A stretch of 64,000 nt of DNA from the NCBI GenBank assembly GCA_934276735.1, contig CAKQTG010000002.1:270638-334637 (forward strand). Direction: 5' to 3'. Of this stretch, positions 48,917 to 57,666 are shown piece by piece. The notes below the pieces were generated by a model. That model searched no databases, was not told where the DNA came from, and saw only the letters and a list, made by a program, of their open reading frames with translations. A program made the translations under genes and the position numbers. The DNA is from an uncultured Alphaproteobacteria bacterium. GTDB taxonomy: Bacteria > Pseudomonadota > Alphaproteobacteria > Rs-D84. Each line of letters starts with the position of its first letter. Within the stretch, counting starts at the first letter, position 1.

Positions 48917-50968
48917 ATGAATGCGGAACTGTTGGATTTTTTGAAAACCGACCTGCAATTCGTCAAGGGCGTGGGCCCCGTTCTGGCCGCGCGTTTTGAC
49001 GATGTATTGGGCGGACGGCGCGTGCTGGATTTTATGCTGCATATCCCGGCATACATTCGCGCACGCGGCGTTACCGAATGCGTGGCGGACGCAACGCCGG
49101 GCGAAACACTGATAATCCCGTTACAGGTAAAATCCCACCGTCGTGGTCGCACATTTCGCGGTCGCCGTATTCCGACCCAGATTATTTGCAATGACCGCAC
49201 GGGTGGCACGGTCACGTTACAGTTTTTTAATACGCATTTCTTGGATTACTGGTTGGAAAAATTGCCGATTGGCGCGTGGCGTATGGTCAGCGGGAAACTG
49301 GAAAAATCCGCACGCCCCACAATCAATCATCCGGACTTTATCGAACCCATGGAAAATGCCGCACGCATTCCGTCGATCCAGGCGATTTACCCATCTGGCG
49401 AGGGGTTGACCCAGAAAACATTTGCCGCCGTTCGGGACCAGATTTTTACCGCCCTGCCCGATAAATTGGCGGGCGAGACAGATGAAAACGTGCGCGAATT
49501 CTTTGATGCGATTGCGCATGTGCACTACCCAGAATCCAACGATGATTTAATGCCAAATGCCAAATATATTGTGAAATTGGCGTATTGGGAATTACTGGCG
49601 CACCAGACCGCCATCGCAATCAGCCGGCGCAACCGCCGCGACCCGCGCAATCGACGCACTGTGCGCCCATTAAAATACAATCTAATGGATAAATTCCGTG
49701 CGATATTACCATTTGCATTGACTGGCGCACAACAGCGCACAATTGATGAAATTTTTGCCGATATGGCGGCTCCAGTGCCAATGATGCGACTGGTTCAGGG
49801 TGATGTCGGCAGTGGAAAAACCATCGTTGCCATGGCGGCGGCGGTACGCATGGCAGAAATGGGCGGTCAGACGGCAATGCTGGCCCCGACAGATGCCTTG
49901 GCGTTGCAACACTATAATAAATTGAAACCTATGTGCGATAAAATCGGCATTGTGTGCGACATATTGACCGGTCGGGACAAAGGCGCGGCGCGACGTGAAA
50001 AACTGATATCATTGCGTTCTGGGCGCACGCGACTGGTTATCGGAACGCATGCACTGTTTTCAGACGATGTTGAATATCGCGATTTGGGATTGGTCATTGT
50101 GGACGAACAACACCGTTTTGGTGTCACCCAGCGCGAGGCCCTGCGTGCCAAAGGCACGAACCCAGATTTGGTGGCGTTGTCGGCGACACCGATTCCACGA
50201 ACGTTGTCTATGACAATATATGGTGACATGGACGTATCTGTCATAAATGAAAAGCCTGCAGGCCGTCTGGCCATCAAGACAACAAAACTGCCGATTTCAC
50301 GTATTGGCGACCTGGTTGCACGCATATCGGCACAAATTGCCACCGGGGCCAAGGTGTTTTGGGTTTGTCCCTTGGTCGAAGATAGCGAAGACGCACCCGC
50401 GGCCGCCGCTACCGCACGATATGAAGACTTAAAGAGATTTTTTCCAACTGCCGGCCTGGTTCATGGTCAAATGGATAAAAAGCAGCGTGACGCCACAATG
50501 GCAAAATTTGCCGATGATAATTCTGATATGTCATTGCTGGTTGCCACCACTGTCATAGAGGTTGGCATTGACGTCCCACGCGCAACAATTATGGTGATTG
50601 AAAACGCCGAACGTTTCGGATTGGCCGCCCTGCACCAGTTGCGCGGTCGTGTCGGACGCGGCAATACCCAATCGTATTGCGTGCTGTTATTTGGGAAAAC
50701 AACGGAACACGGAATGCAACGCTTGGACGTATTGTGCGCAACCGACGACGGATTTGCAATCGCAGAACAAGATTTAATGATGCGTGGCACAGGTGAATTG
50801 ATTGGCACACGTCAAAGCGGTTGGATAAACTATCACTTTGCTGATTGGCGCGAACATCGCGACCTGTTCCGCATGGCGGCAAATGCCGCCCGTGACCAGG
50901 CCACCACTGACACCTGGGCACGTGATCTAATGTTTATATTTGACCGGGGGGCACAAATCAGTGCATAG
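48917..50968 (+). CDS. recG: ATP-dependent DNA helicase RecG
   Basis: The wedge/OB domain is followed by helicase motifs GDVGSGKT, DEQH and ATPIPRT. Confidence 0.85.
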   Translation: MNAELLDFLKTDLQFVKGVGPVLAARFDDVLGGRRVLDFMLHIPAYIRARGVTECVADATPGETLIIPLQVKSHRRGRTFRGRRIPTQIICNDRTGGTVTLQFFNTHFLDYWLEKLPIGAWRMVSGKLEKSARPTINHPDFIEPMENAARIPSIQAIYPSGEGLTQKTFAAVRDQIFTALPDKLAGETDENVREFFDAIAHVHYPESNDDLMPNAKYIVKLAYWELLAHQTAIAISRRNRRDPRNRRTVRPLKYNLMDKFRAILPFALTGAQQRTIDEIFADMAAPVPMMRLVQGDVGSGKTIVAMAAAVRMAEMGGQTAMLAPTDALALQHYNKLKPMCDKIGIVCDILTGRDKGAARREKLISLRSGRTRLVIGTHALFSDDVEYRDLGLVIVDEQHRFGVTQREALRAKGTNPDLVALSATPIPRTLSMTIYGDMDVSVINEKPAGRLAIKTTKLPISRIGDLVARISAQIATGAKVFWVCPLVEDSEDAPAAAATARYEDLKRFFPTAGLVHGQMDKKQRDATMAKFADDNSDMSLLVATTVIEVGIDVPRATIMVIENAERFGLAALHQLRGRVGRGNTQSYCVLLFGKTTEHGMQRLDVLCATDDGFAIAEQDLMMRGTGELIGTRQSGWINYHFADWREHRDLFRMAANAARDQATTDTWARDLMFIFDRGAQISA

Positions 50969-52259
50969 ACTATTTGCATTTTTATTATGCGCCTTATTGA
51001 CAACGCCTGGGCACACAGCGTCACTAATAAACGACACAGAAATTGAACGATATCTGACTGAATTGGTCACACCGATTGCCACTGCCGCTGATATTCCGGC
51101 AAAACGCCTGCGTGTGCATATTGTGCGCGATGATGATTTTAATGCGTTTGTTATGGGCGGTGACGATGTTTATATTTATACCGGTCTGTTGATGCAAATC
51201 AAAACCCCCGACGCATTGCAGGCTGTTGTGGCGCACGAATTGGGGCATACCATCGGCGGTCACATGGCCCAAATGTCATCACGTATGACCGCAGAAATGC
51301 GTCGCGCAATGCTGATTCAGGCGTTGGGTATCGGCCTGATGGTGGCGGGCGGAAACCCCAGTCTGGGTGCAGGCGTCGTGGCGGGTTCCAGTGGTATCGC
51401 CACGCAATCCATGCTGGCATTTTCCCGTGACGAAGAACGCATTGCCGATAACCTGGGACTGGATTTGATGGTGCGTGCCGAACAAAATCCAAACGGATTT
51501 ATTACTGTATTTGAACAAATGCAGGAACAGACCGGTGTAATGGAATCACGTATAAACCCAACACGAGTCAATCACCCTTTGACAGCGGAACGATTAAAAA
51601 ACGTCCGTGACCGCATTGCAAAAATGAACTATACGCCAAAAAAACAGAACACCACACGCGACGCAAAATTTGAACTGGTGCGAGCCAAGTTGATTGGATA
51701 TCTGGACACGCCGACGCGCGTAAATGAACTGTATCCATCGCGCGACAAACGTGACGCCGCAATATACGCACGCGCCATCGCCGCAATGCAAGCGGGCGAC
51801 CTGGCCACGGCCCAGCGTGGAACCCAAACCCTGATTTCACGCGACGGACAAAATCCATATTTCTATGAATTGTTGGGCGACATCCAATATCAATTTGGTC
51901 ATTATGACGATAGCGTCGTCGCATACGAACACTCGCTAAAACTGGCGGGCAACGCCCCCCAGATTCAAACTGCATTGGCACTGGTATTAACCGAACGACG
52001 CAAACCTAATGATACCACGCGTGCTATTGAATTGTGCAAACGCGCTATACTGACCGATGCTGCGCCGCTAACATACTGGGTGTTAGCGCGTGCATATGGC
52101 GACGATGACCCTGGGCGTGCGGCATGGGCAACCGCCGAATACCATAATATGATTGGCAACACCAAGAACGCAAAAAAATACGCAAAACTAGCCCAGAAAA
52201 AATTAAAATCAACCGACGCCGAATATATAAAGTCTGGCGATATTTTGGCTGGAAAATAA
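50940..52259 (+). CDS. M48 family metalloprotease with TPR repeats (BepA-like)
   Basis: A signal peptide is present and the zinc-binding motif is HELGHTIGGH. The C-terminal region is TPR-like. Confidence 0.7.
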   Translation: MTGGHKSVHRLFAFLLCALLTTPGHTASLINDTEIERYLTELVTPIATAADIPAKRLRVHIVRDDDFNAFVMGGDDVYIYTGLLMQIKTPDALQAVVAHELGHTIGGHMAQMSSRMTAEMRRAMLIQALGIGLMVAGGNPSLGAGVVAGSSGIATQSMLAFSRDEERIADNLGLDLMVRAEQNPNGFITVFEQMQEQTGVMESRINPTRVNHPLTAERLKNVRDRIAKMNYTPKKQNTTRDAKFELVRAKLIGYLDTPTRVNELYPSRDKRDAAIYARAIAAMQAGDLATAQRGTQTLISRDGQNPYFYELLGDIQYQFGHYDDSVVAYEHSLKLAGNAPQIQTALALVLTERRKPNDTTRAIELCKRAILTDAAPLTYWVLARAYGDDDPGRAAWATAEYHNMIGNTKNAKKYAKLAQKKLKSTDAEYIKSGDILAGK

Positions 52260-52342
52260 GTCCCATGTTTGTGGTTGACACCGGCACGCAAAAATTACTA
52301 TTATCCGATTGAAAATTGACACGAACCGTGGGGGACGGTTTC

Positions 52343-53935
52343 ATGTTACGTTACATGCGCCGTGTTTTATCGGCAATTTGTTGTGTTGCATTGATTATGG
52401 CGATGACAATCATTACATCGCCCGTGCCAGCAACCGCCGCGTCACCATCTGAACCAGTGACATCTGTCACGACCAGCCCCGCTGTCAATGTGAACTATGT
52501 TCACGGTGCAATAAATTCATATTGGGGGATTGATATACCGCCCAACGCCGCCATCTCTGACACCAAGAACGCCGTAAACATGAAATACTTGCTGGGCATG
52601 GTGGACATCGCGAATGCGCGCCTGGGGACAACAACATCATATGGCACGGGCGAATATGCAACGTCTGGTGCGGCATCACAGAACACGGCCAATACCGCAA
52701 TAAAAACACTGATACGGCACAGTTATCCATTTACAATAACGACCACATCAACAAACAGTTTTTCGTTTAATATCAGTGCCAGCGGCCTGTTCTATATTGA
52801 CTGGGGCGACGGCACCAAAATACAGCAAATCGTCAAAACCGATACCAATCCCCAAACAATCAGCCACACATACACGTCAACCGGTGCGCATACGATAAAA
52901 ATGGGCGGCCGTGCGACCGGGTATTCTGCGTCGGCGGCAATCAGTTTTGCCCAAAACACCATGCTGGCCAAAATCAGTGGCAGTCTGGGGCGCATATTCA
53001 TAACCCTGGGTGACGGCACACAGCCCAGTTTTTCGTCGGCATTTATGGGTTGCACCAATTTATCTGGCAGCATACCGGCCGAATTATTCGCAGGTATATC
53101 GGGCGCGCCCCGCACATCTATGTTCGAAGATACGTTTAACGGGTGCGTGGGCCTGACTGGGGCGATTCCATCGGGGCTGTTTTCTGGCATAACCGGCGCA
53201 CCAGCGACATTGATGTTCAAGCATACTTTCTATGGCTGCACGGGATTGACCAGTATTCCGTCCGGACTGTTTGCGGGGATTTCTGGCACCCCACAGAGCA
53301 GTATGTTCAACGGCACATTTTACGGTTGCACCGGACTGCGCGGGGCGGTGCCATCTGGGCTGTTTTCGGGCATTACCGGCGCGCCAGCATACGCAATGTT
53401 TCACGAAACGTTTTATGGATGTTCGGGTCTGACATCAATTCCAGCCAACCTGTTTGCAAGGGTATCGGGCGCACCCGCAGGATTGATGTTTAAAAATACT
53501 TTTTATGGATGTAGTGGCCTGACCAGTATCCCGTCGGGACTCTTTGCCGGCATCAAAGGTGCACCCGCCAGCAGTATGTTTAACAGCACATTTGCAAATT
53601 GCACGGGGCTGACCAGTATTCCATCGGGATTATTTGCCAGCGTCAACGGTGCGGCCGCCAGTGCGATGTATTACAGCACGTTTTCAGGGTGCACGAAACT
53701 CTCGGGTCAAATACCCGTGGGCGTGTTCGGCACCCTGTCGGGGTCCCCGGCCAGTTTGATGTTCAAACAGACATTTTCTGGGTGCAGTGGTCTGACCGGG
53801 CCATCGGCGCGCAATCCAAATGGCACATATTTGTATAATGTATTTTCCAGCGCAACCGCATCGCACGTTGGCTCGATGTATTACGGGGTCAAGAGCCTGT
53901 CTGACTATTCATCCATCCCCACCGCATGGAAATAG
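52343..53935 (+). CDS. BspA-type leucine-rich-repeat surface protein
   Basis: There are about twelve tandem ~23 aa repeats of the form F(Y/N)GCTGLTSIPSGLF(A/S)GI(S/T)GAP.S.MF..TF, fitting the LRR_5/BspA pattern. The N-terminus is hydrophobic. Confidence 0.6.
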   Translation: MLRYMRRVLSAICCVALIMAMTIITSPVPATAASPSEPVTSVTTSPAVNVNYVHGAINSYWGIDIPPNAAISDTKNAVNMKYLLGMVDIANARLGTTTSYGTGEYATSGAASQNTANTAIKTLIRHSYPFTITTTSTNSFSFNISASGLFYIDWGDGTKIQQIVKTDTNPQTISHTYTSTGAHTIKMGGRATGYSASAAISFAQNTMLAKISGSLGRIFITLGDGTQPSFSSAFMGCTNLSGSIPAELFAGISGAPRTSMFEDTFNGCVGLTGAIPSGLFSGITGAPATLMFKHTFYGCTGLTSIPSGLFAGISGTPQSSMFNGTFYGCTGLRGAVPSGLFSGITGAPAYAMFHETFYGCSGLTSIPANLFARVSGAPAGLMFKNTFYGCSGLTSIPSGLFAGIKGAPASSMFNSTFANCTGLTSIPSGLFASVNGAAASAMYYSTFSGCTKLSGQIPVGVFGTLSGSPASLMFKQTFSGCSGLTGPSARNPNGTYLYNVFSSATASHVGSMYYGVKSLSDYSSIPTAWK

Positions 53936-54266
53936 TGATGTTTTCGTGTCATCCGGGCGGCTTTACTCGCCGGGGCGACACGTTATACACTTGCCACGCT
54001 TACCTGCACGCGAACCGCGGTTCGAATCCGGACCCGCCCAAGATTATTATAAATGCCCGCCTGAACGGCGGGCACAAATCGGCTGGCGGATAACCTCAAT
54101 TGCTTCGCCACCTTGCAAAATCCACCTTCGTTAAAACTACGGTGGACCGGCGTGTTTCCGCCTTTTTGCTACGGCGCGCCACGGCTTTATTCGCCGGTTC
54201 GAATCCGGTGAGATACGACCGGTTTAATAAAAAACGCCAACCGTTTGGTTGACGTTTTTTATTAAA

Positions 54267-54344
54267 TGGGGCGGATAACCGGATTCGAACCGGCGACACC
54301 TGGTACCACAAACCAGTGCTCTAACCAACTGAGCTACATCCGCC
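54267..54344 (-). tRNA. tRNA-His (anticodon GTG) with G-1
   Basis: The reverse complement reads G-GCGGATGTAGCTCAGTTGGTTAGAGCACTGGTTTGTGGTACCAGGTGTCGCCGGTTCGAATCCGGTTATCCGCC-CCCA. Confidence 0.8.
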
Positions 54345-54348
54345 ATAC

Positions 54349-54424
54349 TGGTGGAGCTGATCGGACTCGAACCGACGACCCCTTGCATGCCATGCAAGTG
54401 CTCTACCAACTGAGCTACAACCCC
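54349..54424 (-). tRNA. tRNA-Ala (anticodon GGC)
   Basis: The reverse complement reads GGGGTTGTAGCTCAGTTGGTAGAGCACTTGCATGGCATGCAAGGGGTCGTCGGTTCGAGTCCGATCAGCTCCACCA. It has a G3-U70 pair typical of tRNA-Ala. Confidence 0.8.
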
Positions 54425-54505
54425 ATGCGAAGCCTTATTTTATATTTCTTCTTGCCAAATGTCAAATCAATTTGCTAACCTTTTTACACAAGAAGGAGAT
54501 TTAAT

Positions 54506-55066
54506 ATGGATTATCAAGCATTGAAATCAGAAGTGGAACAGAAAACTCAGCAAACACTGGACGTTTTGTCGGGCGAATATGCTGGTTTGCGCACGGGGCG
54601 TGCGTCGGTGCACCTGTTGGACGGTGTGCGTGTACCAGTATATGGTTCTGATATGCCGTTGAACCAGGTCGCGACCGTCGCAACCCCAGACAACCAGACA
54701 CTAAGCGTTACCGTGTGGGACATCAATAACGCGGGCGCGGTTGAAAAAGCAATTCGCGATTCGGGTTTGGGTCTGAATCCAAACACGGCGGGCGGCGTTA
54801 TCCGTCTGAATTTGCCACCATTGACCGAAGAACGTCGTCGCGAACTGACCAAGGTTGCCGGTAAATACGCCGAAGAAGCCAAGATTTCTATGCGTAATAT
54901 TCGCCAGGACGCGATGGGCAAAATCAAACGCGCCGTCACCGATAAAGAAATTTCCGAAGATGACCAGCACAAATTCGAAGATGATTTGCAAAAGGTGTTT
55001 GATATGCGTGCCGGCCAGGTTGACGCATTGGCAAAACAAAAGGAAGCGGACATTATGTCTGTCTAG
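54506..55066 (+). CDS. frr: ribosome recycling factor
   Basis: The product is 186 aa. VTVWD and EERRRELTKVAGKYAEEAKISMRNIRQDAM are typical of Frr. Confidence 0.85.
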   Translation: MDYQALKSEVEQKTQQTLDVLSGEYAGLRTGRASVHLLDGVRVPVYGSDMPLNQVATVATPDNQTLSVTVWDINNAGAVEKAIRDSGLGLNPNTAGGVIRLNLPPLTEERRRELTKVAGKYAEEAKISMRNIRQDAMGKIKRAVTDKEISEDDQHKFEDDLQKVFDMRAGQVDALAKQKEADIMSV

Positions 55067-55143
55067 GTCGCACGTGACGGGGGATTGTTATCACAACGCA
55101 AAAGCAAAAAATTCATTACAACAATAAAATATCGGATAGAAAA

Positions 55144-55902
55144 ATGTTTAAATTCCTGAAAAAGAAAACCGCACCAGTCACAGAAACCGCCAAAATTCCC
55201 CAGCATATCGCATTTATTTGCGATGGTAATCGCCGCTGGGCCGAGGCACGCGGATTGCCACCATTGATGGGTCACAAGGCTGGTATTTCTAACTTTGAAA
55301 ACCTGGTTGACTGGTATATCGCGCGTGGCGTGTCGACTGTTACGTTCTTTCTGTTTTCAACCGAAAACTGGAACAGAACCAAGGAAGAAGTCGATTTCTT
55401 GATGGATTTGTTCTATACCGAATTGCACAAAAATATGAAACATGCGTTGGAAAAAAATCTGCGCTATCGTGTGATTGGGTCGCGGGATCGCCTGCCAAAA
55501 CGGTTGGCAAATATGTGCGATAAACTGGAACAGGCGTCGGCCGAAAACACCGGCGGAACGGTTGTGTTTGCACTGAACTATGGTGGCCAAGACGAAATCG
55601 TTGCCGCGGTCAATGCCGCAATTGAAAACGGTGAACCGGTTACGCGCGAAACATTTGAAACGTTCCTGGACACGGGCGAATTGTTGCCGATTGATTTGAT
55701 GGTCCGCACCAGCAATGAATTCAGAATTTCTAATTTCTTGTTATGGAAATTGGCATATGCCGAATTGATGTTCGTCCCAGAACACTGGCCTGATTTGGTC
55801 AAAGACGAAAAAATGTGGCAACGCACATTGGACGAATACGCACACCGCAATCGCAGATTTGGTGGCGGGAAAAAGGCAAACTATTCCGGCAAGAAAAAAT
55901 AA
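55144..55902 (+). CDS. uppS: di-trans,poly-cis-undecaprenyl-diphosphate synthase
   Basis: HIAFICDGNRRWA is present, and the C-terminal RISNFLLWKLAYAEL is RFGG-like. Confidence 0.85.
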   Translation: MFKFLKKKTAPVTETAKIPQHIAFICDGNRRWAEARGLPPLMGHKAGISNFENLVDWYIARGVSTVTFFLFSTENWNRTKEEVDFLMDLFYTELHKNMKHALEKNLRYRVIGSRDRLPKRLANMCDKLEQASAENTGGTVVFALNYGGQDEIVAAVNAAIENGEPVTRETFETFLDTGELLPIDLMVRTSNEFRISNFLLWKLAYAELMFVPEHWPDLVKDEKMWQRTLDEYAHRNRRFGGGKKANYSGKKK

Positions 55903-55933
55903 GTAACACAAAAAAACCTTAGGGATGCATGTC

Positions 55934-56584
55934 ATGTCAAACACAAAACAGAGAATCATTGTTGGTGGCGTAATGGCATTGGTTGCCGTTGCCGCTGCGG
56001 TTGGTGAATATTTCGGATTCCATACCGTTCGGTATTTGGCGATCTTGGTCGCATTGGGTATGATTGTTGAAATGATTTTGGCAACCATCCGCACCCCGCA
56101 CGACCAGTTGATGCAAAATAAAAACTGGCTGGTGTGTGGTGGATTCTTGGTATGGCTGTTTGTTGTGTTGGCGGCGGCCAGTTCGGTTGGCACACGCCCG
56201 TGGATTATGCTGTTGCTGCTGTTGATTATCAGTGGGGCCGATATTGGCGCATGGTTCTTTGGCCGGTTATTCGGTGGTGACAAGATGTGGGAACGCTTGT
56301 CAGAACACAAAACCTGGGCCGGCCAGATTGCAGGCATTTTATGCGGGACATTTATGTCGATTATGTATGGTTTACTGGGAACAGATATGTTTATGCCACA
56401 ACTGATGTGGATTGGTATCAGTGTTGCCCTGCTTAGCCAATATGGTGATCTGACCGCCAGTTGGGTAAAACGTCGCCTGGGGATAAAAGATTTTGGCCAC
56501 GTCTTGCCGGGACATGGCGGAATTTTGGACCGCTTTGATGGATGGATTTATGCACTGGTTTTGGTTTGGCTGGTTACAATGTAA
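55934..56584 (+). CDS. cdsA: phosphatidate cytidylyltransferase
   Basis: This multi-TM protein has a C-terminal signature KRRLGIKDFGHVLPGHGGILDRFD. Confidence 0.7.
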   Translation: MSNTKQRIIVGGVMALVAVAAAVGEYFGFHTVRYLAILVALGMIVEMILATIRTPHDQLMQNKNWLVCGGFLVWLFVVLAAASSVGTRPWIMLLLLLIISGADIGAWFFGRLFGGDKMWERLSEHKTWAGQIAGILCGTFMSIMYGLLGTDMFMPQLMWIGISVALLSQYGDLTASWVKRRLGIKDFGHVLPGHGGILDRFDGWIYALVLVWLVTM

Positions 56585-56605
56585 GGGTTACTGGGGGTTG
56601 TTGGC

Positions 56606-57664
56606 ATGCATATTATTTTAGCCGTTATCGCATTGTTAGTTGTTCTGGGGGTTGTGGTTTTTATCCACGAATTGGGACACTTTTTCGCGGCGCGTTGGGC
56701 CGGTGTTCGTGTCGATAAATTTTCCATCGGATTTGGCCCGGCAATTATCAAGTGGCATGACCGACACGGAACACAATGGCAAATAGCGTGTCTGCCCCTG
56801 GGCGGATACGTTTCCATATATGGCCAGGATATGATGTTCAATCGTGGCGAATATGCCAAACTGGATACCAAGAAAAAGCATGGACATTACCTGTCGGCAC
56901 CTGCTTGGAAACAGTTTTTGATTGTTGCTGCTGGTGTAACAATGAATTTTTTCCTGGCGTGGGTAATTTATTCTGGGCTGTTTATGGCACGTCCGAAAAC
57001 TGTTCAATTGCCCGTCGTTGGCCAGGTTATTCAAGAATCTGTCGCATTTAATGCTGGGGTTAAACCTGGCGATATAATTATGCGTATTGATAGTGAAAAA
57101 ATCACAAACTGGGGCGAATTGATTATTGCCAAAGAATTGGCTTCAAATCGCACGGCCAAAGTTGTAATTCTGCGGGATACAAAATTAGTAAATGTTGAAT
57201 TGACGCCCGCCGAACGTTGGGGACTAGTTGCCGATGGCAGCAAAACCGAATTGCGCAAAAAAGGCTTCTTTGGTGCAATGTTGGCTGGGGCACGCGAAAC
57301 GTATTACCAATCAAAAACACTGCTGGTTGTGTTGAAACAGATTGTGACGGGCGAACGTTCATCAAAACAACTAGGCTCGTTTATCACAATAGCCCAAGTT
57401 TCTGGCCAAGCGCTAGAGGCAGGAATCTTTGCCCTGTTGTCTATTATTGCCTTGCTGTCGGTGAATTTGGCTGTTATAAACCTGTTACCGTTGCCGGTGT
57501 TGGATGGTGGTTACCTGATGATATTGATTATCGAGGGGGTAATCCGTCGCAAATTGGGCGGACGCGGGATGGAAATTGCAATCATTATCGGTTGGATTTT
57601 AATATTCGGATTATTTGCGTTGACCATGTGGAATGATGTGGCACGCGTATTTGGGTTGAACTAA
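56606..57664 (+). CDS. rseP: RIP zinc metalloprotease RseP
   Basis: HELGHF lies in TM1. A PDZ domain is present, and the C-terminal LDGG is an NPDG-like motif. Confidence 0.8.
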   Translation: MHIILAVIALLVVLGVVVFIHELGHFFAARWAGVRVDKFSIGFGPAIIKWHDRHGTQWQIACLPLGGYVSIYGQDMMFNRGEYAKLDTKKKHGHYLSAPAWKQFLIVAAGVTMNFFLAWVIYSGLFMARPKTVQLPVVGQVIQESVAFNAGVKPGDIIMRIDSEKITNWGELIIAKELASNRTAKVVILRDTKLVNVELTPAERWGLVADGSKTELRKKGFFGAMLAGARETYYQSKTLLVVLKQIVTGERSSKQLGSFITIAQVSGQALEAGIFALLSIIALLSVNLAVINLLPLPVLDGGYLMILIIEGVIRRKLGGRGMEIAIIIGWILIFGLFALTMWNDVARVFGLN

Positions 57665-57666
57665 GG

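Noticed and set aside
53990-54266. A possible two-piece (permuted) tmRNA gene, suggested by the GGTTCGAATCC T-arm-like motifs.
   Set aside because: I found no plausible tag-peptide reading frame (ANDN...AA-like) or resume codon context. The T-arm matches are better explained as copies of the adjacent tRNA-His.
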